A stretch of 64,000 nucleotides of DNA from Cyanophora paradoxa CCMP329. Lineage: Eukaryota > Plantae > Glaucophyta. Shown one piece after another: positions 48,243 to 59,000 of this stretch; position 1 is the first letter of the stretch, and each line of letters opens with the position of its first letter. Location: NCBI GenBank assembly GCA_004431415.1, contig QPMI01000066.1, positions 124,001 through 188,000 on the forward strand, in the 5' to 3' direction. A program made the position numbers and the translations under genes. Under the pieces are notes generated by a model. It saw nothing but the letters and a program-made list of their open reading frames with translations. It was not told the origin of the DNA and did not search any database.

Positions 48243-49119
48243 AAAAGCAGAAGGGTATTTACGTAGATAGTGCTCAAACCGAAAAGCTCTTTTTCGATCT
48301 CTTTTTTTCAGAGAATGTTTCTCGTTTTTAGAATGCCCTCAGCTGCAGGATTCAGCTCGTTTGTAGTAGCTCTAGCATTCAGCTGCTTGATCGGCAACAT
48401 TAGCTGCAGAGCGAGGAGTGTTATAGGCCTCTGAATTTTGGGCCGAGGTTTGGAAGGAGGGCGCGGCGCGGCGCGGGCCCAAGATATTCGAAGGGCGAGC
48501 GCACCGGTTAGGTACAGGAGGAGGTACTGCAGCTGCAGCTGCAGCTGCCGGGATGTACCGGGCGAGGGCGCTCCTGCCGCCTTGCAGCCTGCAGGAGGTT
48601 AGGAGATATGGGCGCCGTACGCGTATGGGTACCGGCCGCCGCCCAGCATTCAGTTGCAGGATCCGGAGCACACGCCGGCGTGCGCATGCACGCGCGCGCG
48701 CGCGCTCGCTCGCTTCGAATTCAAGGCTTCGATCGTGAGTCAGGAGACAGTACAATGTACATCATCATGTCATCATGGCATGATGTGGCCGGAAAGTCAC
48801 CAGAAAAAACGCTTCGAATTCGAATTCATGATCAGGTGTATTTTTTTGGAGACTTGAACGGGTACAAGAACGGGTACCGAATATATACCCGAGCATCCCG
48901 GATTCCCGGTACCGGTCGCCGGCACGCGCGCGGCGCGCGCTTCAGATCAAGAGGAATACAGGATTCCCAATCCGACTCGGAGCGCCAGCGCTAGCGCCCG
49001 TACGCGTACGCATCTCGAGCTCGATATCGATCTATAGCTACGTATACGCCTACTGCGGCCTACATCGCAAGCCGTCCTGGCCGCGGTTCAACGGCTATCC
49101 CAGCAATTGCAATTGCAAT

Positions 49120-50345
49120 ATGTACACGAGCGAAGACGCCGACGCCGGCGCTGGCATGGCGCCGGCCGTGCACGTGGCGGCTGACCCGCTAGCGCGCCTC
49201 GTTTCCATCTTCCGCCGGCCAAGTGCCTCGAGCTCGCGCGGGCGCCGCCGCGCGTACTCTGAAAGCGAATTCGACAGCGACACGCTCCTCCAAACACTCA
49301 GTGCGTACACGTTCGCGCGGCTGCATGTCATACGCGATATCGATGTGGGCTCGAGCTCACGATCACGCGCACGGGCCCACTCGCGCAGGCGCGCAGCCGC
49401 AGCTGTGCGTCCGCGTCGGCGAGGCCGACAGCGATCGGCATCGCGAGGCCCCCGGTGACGCGGAAGGCGGCGATGGCATCAGCCTGGACCTGCCGCCATT
49501 TCACGTGGGAAAGCGGATCCAGTCCCTCGAGCTCCCCTCCATGTGCTCCTCCGATCCGATCGCCATCTCGCCCGCGAGGAGCTCGATACCCATGGCCATA
49601 TGCATGGCCAGCCGCTCTCGGTCCCTGTCCCTTGACCCGTCCGAGTCCTCCTCCACCGTCCGGTCCCTGGAAAGCATTCCCGAGGAAATTCCGGCCTCGA
49701 TCGCGAGATCGCCAACGCCGCCGGCGCCGCGCTCCCCCACGTCCCCCTCCGTCACGGGCGCGTCGCGCCTCGCCTGCCGCATCCGATCTGCAGTGGAGTT
49801 CGCCTCCGGATCCGCGTCCCTTTCTTCGTCGATCGCGAGCCCCGTCGACGTCCCTTGCAGCCCCGCCCGCGAAGAGGTGACCAGCCTCCCTTAGTTTCCC
49901 TTTGACCGATCCGAAGTTGTCTGATCGGTTGATCGTGGCAGGCCCGCTCGGGCTCCAGCTCGAGCCGCGCCTCGTACAGGAACGCCCAGGGGCTGGAGTC
50001 GGCCCTAACCGAGGTGACGTTTCCCTCCCCGCGCGCGCGCCCGCGGCCCCACCCCGCCCCGCCCCGCCCGGACGTGCTCTAAATTTAATCTCTGATCGAT
50101 CGCGATCGGGCGGCGCGCAGGCCCACTCGAGCGCAAGCTCGCGCCGGTCCTCCATCAAGGATCTGGAGCCCCTGGCCGATCGCGAGGCCGACCGGACCCG
50201 GCCACCCGCCTACGGGCAGCTCTCCCGCACGCATCTGCACCCGCACAATTGCAACCGCTTCGACCACGAGCTGATGGCCCCCACGCACGACTGGGAGGAG
50301 GAGATCGCCCGCCGCCTCGGCACTGCGGCCGTCGTCCGCCTCTGA
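49120..50345 (+). CDS. Unrecognised Ser/Arg/Pro-rich disordered protein, paralog 3 (321 aa; exons 49120-49300, 49389-49876, 49942-50013, 50121-50345)
   Basis: Same 4-exon structure, open frame and conserved blocks as paralogs 1 and 2. Confidence 0.8.
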
Positions 50346-50349
50346 TTTA

Positions 50350-51400
50350 TTTTCGACTTCGAATTCGACGCAACGTTGTGTCGATTCGACTTCGAATTCG
50401 ACGCGGCCGAATCTATTTCGCTACAGTATACGTATTATGGTACTTGCAAATTTTGCATGCTCCGCAATATTAATCGGTATAAATCCCAAGCTGAAGAACC
50501 TTAAGCTTCTTCATTTCGATTTCTCGGACGTCCCTGGCAATTGAACTTGCAGCTTGGCAGGCGTGGCATACGCAGCCGACGTCTATGTCAATGCAGCTGA
50601 GAGATGTAGATCTACAGTCATATTTCTAGCGTAGATCATCGGATGGACGATGGACATGGCCATGGTCGAGGTCGTTTAATTTCGAGTTCGCCTCCCATGG
50701 TACTTAAACTTTTTTGACAAGTTAGTAATCGATGCTAGCTAGCTTTCAAGTTTCATTTTCTTGCTACGTATACGTATACATAGACCATTGAACTGCACAT
50801 GTATAGCTATAGATAGATTGGCTACATTCGGATATGAACGCGTTTTTGATTTGCAGCTGCAGCTGCAAGCGTTGTCACAGTGTAGTTGCAATTGACGCGT
50901 ACGTTGACGTTGATGAGTGCAGTCCGGCCTGTACATGTAGGCCGCGGCCGAGTACTAGCTACAGTCTAGATTTCAATTAGGCCCTGGAGTTTTCAATTAG
51001 GCCCTGGAGGCGTTGCCAAGCCCTTGAAGTCACGATTTGTCGCCTTCCTGAATGTTTTATGTTTTATCGTAGCATATATACGTATACGTATACATGCAAA
51101 TGCGTATATATGCCATGATGTGCTTTCTCGTGCAGCGTAGAAATTAGCGAGTGCAGGTGTGAGATAGCTAGCCTAGCTATAGTAGCTAGCTATAGATGCG
51201 TGCACGTGCGAGTGCTAGATGGCTAGCGCTAGCTAAATGCGTGCATGCAGCTCCAGACCTAGCTTGAGTAAGCGAAAAACATTAGCAGCTAGCGCTAGCT
51301 ATAGCCTGCTCATGCGGCTCAAGATATTTATGATGAGATGTATTCGAATTCTTCTTTAGATTCAGATCTCGAGGTCTCGAGCTCGTGGATCGGGCGGGGG
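50350..51400 (+). repeat. ~1-kb non-coding flank duplicated behind paralog 2 (12140-13210) and, more decayed, behind paralog 1 (6840-7540)
   Basis: Shared GCGTTGTCACAGTGTAGTTG, GATGAGTGCAGTCCGGCCTGTACATGTAGGCCG, GATTTGTCGCCTTC, AGATCTCGAGGTCTCGAGCTCGTGGAT. Confidence 0.9.
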
Positions 51401-51608
51401 CCGGGGCGAGGGGAGGGGGGGGAGGGGAGGGAGGGGGGGAGGGGAGGTGGAATGAAGGAGGGAATGGGGGCTGCCTGGCTGCGCTCCTTCGGCTGCCTCT
51501 TGAGACTTCAGTTAATAATATGCCGAGCACGCGTACCCTACCCGGGCTACAGGGGGCCGAGCACGCGTACCCTCCTCCGCCTGGGCCGCGGCCGGCGGCC
51601 TCGGCAGG

Positions 51609-53312
51609 CTACAGGTGCCGGACAGCCACATCGGGGGCCTCGGGGGGCCGTTCGATGTCCTCCTTGCTCTGCACGAGCCGCAGCTCGCCGCCGCCGGCCG
51701 CCAGCGTCCGCGAGAGGACCGCCCGCATCGTGCACATCACCAGGCGGCACGCACGCGGCCAGTCGCCGCCCGTCCGGTGCGACCACGCCAGCAGCAGCGC
51801 TGCGACAAGGTCGCCCGTACCCGTCCACACGCCCGGCAGCTTCGGCACAACAACAGTGAAGCGCTCGTACCCCCCCGCGCCGTCGCCCGCCGCCGGCGCC
51901 GCCCCGCCCCGCTCAGCGCTCCACTCTGCCCAGCGGGCGCGTCAGGGCGAGAAGGTAGCCGAGTCTGAGGGGGAAGGGCCGCGGTAGGGGGGCGGGGGCC
52001 AGGAGAAGGAGGATGGGAAAGGGAAGGGGGGAATGGTGGGGTGAGAGTGTAGGGTGGGGTGGGGATGGGGGAGGGGGATGAGGAGCCGGGGCCGGGGGGG
52101 GGGGGAAGGAAAAAGGAGGGGGTGGGGTGGTGGGGGGTGGGGTGGGGTTGGGGGGTAGGGGTTGGGGGGGGGGGTGCGCGCGCGCGTGTGTGTGTGTGTG
52201 GGGGGGGGGGGGGGAGGGGGGGGAGGAGGGGCGAGGGGGAGGGAGGAGGGGGGGCTGCGCACTGCGGGACACGGAGGCGTACAGTTGAAGCGAACCCGGA
52301 GAGCCGGGCACTTCCATGCTCGTGATCTGCGCCCCCGGCTCGAACACGGGCGGGGCCCGATAGTGAGGGCATTGAGAGGGCTCACGATGACGGCGCGGGG
52401 CCCGAGGGAGTGCAGCTTGTCGCACGCGGCCGCCGCGTCCTCGTTGCTGTTGATCTCCATCCCCGTGAGCAGCCTGCCGGCCAGCGCGGGCGAATCGAAA
52501 AGTTAGGAGCGGTGAGCGGCGGGCGGGAGGGGGGGCGGGCCGAGGCCGCACTGGCACTCGAACTGGTTTGGCGTGAGGATCGTGGCGCGGGGTACCACCT
52601 CGTCGCGGTAGAGGGGTACGAGCTCGGGGGCGACGTACAGCTTCCCGTTGTCCCCCATGACGGGGTCGCAGGCTGCGCGGCGCCGCGCGTGAGCGGCGCG
52701 CGCGCTGAGCGGGCTCCGGGCGCCGGGCGAAGTGCGGGGGGTACGTGTACGGACGGACCCCATATGAGGTTGGGGCTGTACTTGAGGAGGGTGCTGTGGG
52801 CCTGCAGGAGGTTGTGGAGGAAGGTGGGGGACCCCACGTAGCCTGCGGGGTCGTCCAGGACCGTTTCAAAGCTTCGGAAATGCAAAGGGCCGCGCCGGAG
52901 AGAGGCACCCGTGCCCACGCGCATGCGCACCGGTTAGGAGGTACTGGTAGTTGAGCAGCGAGTTGCGTTCGAGCCCGTTCACGAGATCCACGAGCTGCTC
53001 CCCGTTCAGCACTTGCCCCGTCCAGCGGTTCGGGTAGCCTGCGAGCGAGGCCGGGGGAGTTCAGCTGGCGGTTCTCGATCCGAAATCGATCGCGCGCGCG
53101 TGCGGCGAACCGGTGTGGTTGCTGAACTGCACGCTGTTGATGAAGTCGACCTCGAATCCCAGCAGCTGCGGGCGCGCTCGCTTCAGGCGAGCCGCCCCGC
53201 TCGCGCGCGGCAAGCGCCGTACCTGGAGGGGGAAGACGACGGAGCGGTTGCCGACATAACCGTGTACAACGTGGGATTGAATGGAGAGCAGCCGCGGCGG
53301 GCTGGGCTCCAT
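51609..53312 (-). CDS. PDXK: Pyridoxal kinase (ribokinase family), multi-exon
   Basis: [66 protein letters not shown] motifs. Confidence 0.97.
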
Positions 53313-53501
53313 CGCTGGATGGCGAGCAGCGGGCTTTTGGTGGGCGATTGGGCGGGCGCGCCGAAGTCGCTCGGGGTGTTTGCTCGATTCGTGCAAAAGC
53401 TGTCTAGCGCTCCTAGCTAAGCCCCGCTGCTGAGCTAAAGGAGTTGCAGCGATTGACTGGGGTACAGGGACCTCGTAGCGCATTGTACTCGAGCAGCCAG
53501 G
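53313..53501. promoter_or_regulatory. Putative bidirectional promoter between PDXK and the DHHC gene
   Basis: Only 189 bp separate the two divergent ATGs. Confidence 0.5.
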
Positions 53502-55359
53502 ATGTGCTGCGAGTTCGATCCGCGCGTGGTTGTGTACCTGGACCGGGCGGGCGATGCGGTTTTCTCGCTAATGGGCCCGACGCTCATTGCGGCGGCCGTG
53601 GTCCTCCTGCTGGGCGCGACGTACACCTTCTTCTGGGTCATCTTCTCGCAGTTCATCGACGGTGCGCTGCCCGCGCTCGCCGCGGCGCTCGCTGGCGGCG
53701 ATTGGGCCCCTGCCGCCCGCGCCTGCTGCTGCGCTGACGCTGCGGGCCCGTGCGCAGCCTACACGCCGTTCGGGGCGGCGCTCTTCGTGGTTTGCGTCTT
53801 CATCGCGTTCAACGTGTACTTCAACTACTTCATGGCCATCCGAACGGACCCCGGGCGGCCCCGCGAGGAGCTGGTGCGTCCCTCCCGCTTCTGCGCGGCT
53901 AGACGTGCGAGCGAGAGCGAGCGGCGCCCCGCAGTGCGACCCGACGGCCGCGGCGGAGTCGGGCGAAGCGTGCGTCGAGTCCGACCCGCGCGCCGGGCGC
54001 TTCAGCCGCTACTGCAGGAAGTGTGAGCGCAGCGCCCACCTCCCGCGCCCCGGCGGCGCGCGAGCCGACGCGTCGCGCGGCAGGCCGCGCCCCGAAGCCG
54101 CCGCGCACGCACCACTGCAGCGTCTGCCGGCGCTGCGTCCTGAAGATGGACCACGTGCGCCGCCGAGCCGCCCCGCCCTCCCGCCCCCGCCCTCCCGCGC
54201 CGCGCCCACGTGCCTCCCCTCCGCCGCAGCACTGCCCCTGGGTTCGCCCCGCCCCGTCCCCGCCCCGCGCCCGCCCCCTCCGGCCCCGCCTCGCTGCGCG
54301 GGATCGAACCCGAGGACGCAGATCAACAACTGCGTGGGGTTCTACAATCAGCGATACTTCGTTCTCTTCCTCGTGTACATCTGGCTCGGCGCCCTCATCT
54401 GCACCGTCGCCTCGGGCGCCATCTTCACGTCCCGTACTCGCTTCGCGGTATTCGCGTACCCCCCTCCCTTTCTCCCCAGCCGGCTCCGCCCGCCGACGCC
54501 GCCCGCCCGCAGCGCCTACCGGACCACAACGCGCGCACCTGCGTCATCTTTGTCATGATCGCCGGTACCCGTTTCTTTCCCAGCGCGTACCCCTCTCCAC
54601 CGCCCACCGTACCTTCCAGCCATGTCGTGCTGGGCCGGCGTGAGCTTCATGCTGGCGTGGCACATGTACCTCCTGAGCACGGGTACCCCCTTCCATCCCC
54701 TGCACCCCGTACCCCCATCCCGTTTGGACTCCCCTGACTCACTGGGGCCGCTGCGATTCCGCAGGCCAGACTACGATTGAGTTCTACTCGAACCGGGAGC
54801 GCGCAGCGGCCGCCAGGAGGCGCGGCGAGGTCCGCAACGGCTGTACCCCCCTCCTGGAATCCTGCCTGAGCGCCGCGGCGGCAGGCGGGGGGAAACGAGT
54901 ACGACCTGGGGTGCCGCCTCAACCTCCGGGACGCGTTCGGCGCCGGGCGGTGCCCTTTTCTCCGCCCTCTTTTGTTCGCCCTTTCCTTTCGCGGCTCACC
55001 TGAGCCTGAGGCAGATTCCCCTGGTCTTGGCTCATGCCGTCGCTGGGGCCGCCCCCTGGGGACGGCCACTCCTTTCCCACGCTGAGGGGCCTCGCGCGGA
55101 GCGAGCTGCGGGCGGAGGAGGCCGGGCGGCAGCAGCCCCTGGTATTCGGGCAGGCGCCGGGGCCCGCGTCGGCATCCGCGCAGGCGCAGGCTCAGGCGCA
55201 GGCGCGCGTCGGGCCCCTCCCGCGAGATCGAATTAATACGATCTGACGCCTCGAATCTGATCGCAGGCGGCGTACAGCGCGGCGATCGAGGCGCTGGTGG
55301 GGGTCGTCGCCCCCGCCGGCGCCCACCGCATCGCCCTCAAGGAGCAGCACAGCGCGTAG
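53502..55359 (+). CDS. DHHC-type protein S-palmitoyltransferase, multi-exon
   Basis: Two TMs, [28 protein letters not shown]|HCPW|[13 protein letters not shown], two more TMs, GQTTIE, NEYDLG..N, PGDG. Confidence 0.95.
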
Positions 55360-56039
55360 CAAGCGCACGGCGGCATGTGGAGTGATAGCGATCGTTTGCC
55401 GCTAGCGCTGCGCGTGCGAAGAGCGACATGCCAAGGACTTTGACTTGCAACAACAGACTACCGGCAGCGCCAGCGCTAGCAACGGTCGACGTCGACGTCG
55501 ACGTCGGCACATATGCATGCACTGCAGCTGCAGCGCAGACTCTGAGAGCGGCCGCGGTCGCATGCTCGCAAGCTGTCGCAGCATGCGGTGCCATGGCAGC
55601 GCATGCGCATTGCGCATGCACTGCCATGCAGCCGCGCGCGCGGCGCGCGCTCGGCGCTCGCATGGTTGCTCGAGACCTGAGCTTGGTCGAGGGCCTCGAG
55701 GCCCTTCTTCAAACGGAGGTCCGGGGGTACACCCGCTAGGAACACCAGGCGGCAGGCTGCCGCATCCCGTCGACCCGTCGAGCGTCCTTCCGCCTGATCG
55801 TAGAGCGCGGATCGTTGCAGCGATCGGCATCGTTTGCCCCCTGCCAGCGAGCTCTGTCTGCAGTTCGGCAGACTCTTTGCAGCCGGGCACGTCTCGAGCG
55901 CCCAGTGCTCGGTATGCAGGCCTAGAGAAGGATTTCTAGCAAGGCGGAGCACCCGCCGGCATGATGAGTGCAGGACTACAACCTCCGGGCGTTGGCCGGC
56001 CGAGGTCAGCGAGAATCGCCGGCGCGATCCGGCGAGATC

Positions 56040-59000
56040 ATGCTGAAGCTGACTCCGAGCAGGTGTCTTCTGCAGCCGGGTTCCCAATGCGGAGCGCACT
56101 CGGCGACCTGCTCCGAGAGAACACGCCCCGCCGCGGACGTCGGGCGGTTGCCGCCGCGGCACGCGGCGTACAGCATCGGCCCAGGGAAGCAAAGACATAG
56201 TCCTCGGAGCCTCGGACGTGCCGCGTCGTTCGGCGTGGCGTCCGTCGGCCTGCTCGTTCTTCTGGTGGTCACCGGTGCGTTCAGCGCTCGCGTCCCGCCC
56301 GTCGACGCCGCTGTCGCTGCCTCCTAGCGTCTAGAACTTCCTTTTTCAAAACACGGACCGCCTTGTCCGCCCGAACCAACGGCCGCGTCCGGATCCGCCG
56401 GCGCCTTCGACCCCCGACCAGGCTCCGAGCCTCCTAGCTAGAAGCCGATCCTCTCTCTAGCTATGCATTGCCATTCTCCTTACGTGCGCATCCCGCGCAG
56501 TTCCCGCGCTCGCCCTGCCGGGGACCGTCAACCCGACGACGGGCGGCCGGCACTCGGAGACGATGGTGATACGGAACTCCACAGGCCCGATCAACGGCGT
56601 GGCGGCGGCGAACGGCTACGTAGCTTCTGGAAGCTACGACGGCGTCCTGCGCGTGTACAGGGTCAACGCTACGCTGGGCGCCTTCACGGCCGGCACGGCG
56701 GTGCGTTTACCCTCGCGTTGCGTTTTTTGAACTCCGGACCCCGTAACTCCGTTTCCGCAGGCCACTTTGGTCTTCGCGAACGAAACGGGCTCCAACATTA
56801 CCGCCGTCGCCATGCCCAGCGACGGATCTTTTGTGGCCGTGGCCCTCAACTCGTACGATGCGGACGTCCCCCGCGGGAATGGGATCCGCGTGTTCAACAC
56901 CAGCACTGGCGAGGAGCTGGCGAACCTGCAGTTCGGATCTCCCGTGAGCCTGCAGTTCACGGCAGTCGCCGTCTGCCCGGATGGCTCCATCTTCGGCGGG
57001 TCGGGGTCCAGCATGGCCTTCTTCAAGCGGGATTCGACGGGATGGGGACCGCCCCCCACCACGGGCACCTTGGCGGGCAGTTGGTTCAAGGCGGATGCCC
57101 ATCCCTTCGGTGGGACCATCAACGACGTCGCCTGCGCGCCCAGCGGCGACTTCCTTGCGTCTGTCTCGAGCGGCGGGGATAAGAGCGTTCGGCTGTGGGC
57201 GGCATTCGACGCCGCCTCTCGAGGCTCGTACTCGCGCGGCACCACCTACGGGCTAAACTCCGTCGCGATCAGCGCCGACAGCGTCGTCACCGTCGGAGGT
57301 CCGGCTCTCTTTTTGCGGCCCCCGACTCTCATCCCCTGCTTCTGTCCTCTGACCCCACCCACCGTAGAAAACAGCCTCAATCAAAGTGGGAGGATCTACC
57401 ACGTTTCGGCGACCGGGGCGTTCCTTGGGGTCCTGCCTGCGTCTCCCACTGGATCCCACACCGGAACCAACTTCGGCCTCTCGTACGGACCCGCCTCCAA
57501 GGGCGGTTACTTCGTCTCCGTCGGCGCGGACGGGCGGATCGTGTTCTGGACGCCCTACAGCGCGGGCAACCCCAACGTGAGCAGCGTGATCTACGACGTG
57601 AACACCGGCGGCTCCGCAGTCATTGCCATACTCTGCGTCTCCGTCTCGCCCGACAACGCCCTCGTAGCGACGGGCGCCATCGACGGGGAGCTCACTCTCT
57701 GGTCCCTCCTCCAGCCGCCCCCGACGCCGACCCCGTCCCCGTCGCCCATCCCCACGGACCCCAACCTCAACATCGACCGGGACCTCTGCACCCTCGACTG
57801 CCCCTCGACGAGGGGGTACGCGTTCTCGCAGCACGGGACGCTCGCCTGCACGTTCAACCTGCGGAACTTCTACGGAGAGCCGTTCGTCGCCGACTCGCGC
57901 CTCGTCTCCATCGGCGTCAACACGACGGTCAACACGGTCCCTACCTTCAACGCGACGACCCCGCCCGGTGCGCGGCCCTGTTCCCCTTCCTCCTGTTTAC
58001 GCCGCTCACGCCCCCGCCCGTCCTCAGGCCTCGTGCTGGAGCGCGGGGCGTGGCCGGAAAGGGGCTCCTCCTTCCCGTTCACGGCGCGCTTCGCGCTCCC
58101 CGGGAGCTACTGGATCGCGGCCGCGTACCTCCGGAACACGAGCCTGAACCCCTCCGTCACGCTCTCGCCCGTGCGCTGGTTCAAGGTCCAGGAGACCTCC
58201 GCCCACCTCCAGCCCGACGCCAGGCGCGCCGCTCGCCGCGCGTGCCCCCCTCCCCGCCGCTGTCGCTGACGGCCGGGGTACCCCAGCTCGACCTTCGTGT
58301 GCCCGGGGCTCTCGACGCTGTACCCCCCCGAATCGCGCATCTGCCGCTTGACCCCCCGGAACGCCGTGAGCCGCCCCGTCTTTGCCGCCTCTGCCGTACC
58401 CGCCCGGCCCGATTCCGAGGCCGGCCGCAGGGCGCCGCCATCGCGGCGCTCCAGTGGCACTTCGACTCTCCTGTCGAGCGCAGCGTCGACGCGGCGGCGG
58501 CTCAGGTGAGCATCACGGGCTTCCTCGGCGACGGTACCCCCTCCCTCGGCGGGCGCGCCTACCCCTCCTTCTACTTCAACATCACGTGCGGCGTACCCCC
58601 TCCCTGATCCCCGCACCCCCCACCGAGTGGCGGTACCCCCCGCAGCGTGGCGAGCATCCAGGGGCTCGAGACGAAGCCTCTGAACGTCTCGGTACCCGTC
58701 TTTGCCTTCACTCCGGCGGGGGAGTGGGCCGCCGTCGCGACGTACCGGGCCGGCCTCACCATCTGTACCCCCCTTCCCCTCCCCCCCACCCTCCCTGCCG
58801 CGCCGCCCGTTGCTGAGGCGGCCGCCGCAGCGCCGGCGTCGTACCCCGCGGTAGCGCGGCTGATCCTCACGGCCCAGCAGCAGCTGCCGGCGACGTCGAT
58901 ACCCCTGGACGGCCTCACCAGCACGGGCGCGAGGATGTGGGACCGGGCGAAGAGCGACTGGAGCTACGCGGGGGTCGCCTCGTGCGTCTGGAGCATCCTA

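Noticed and set aside
5590-51400. The three repeated units as LTRs of a retroelement
   Set aside because: They contain spliceable genes; no TG...CA ends, PBS/PPT or gag/pol were seen.
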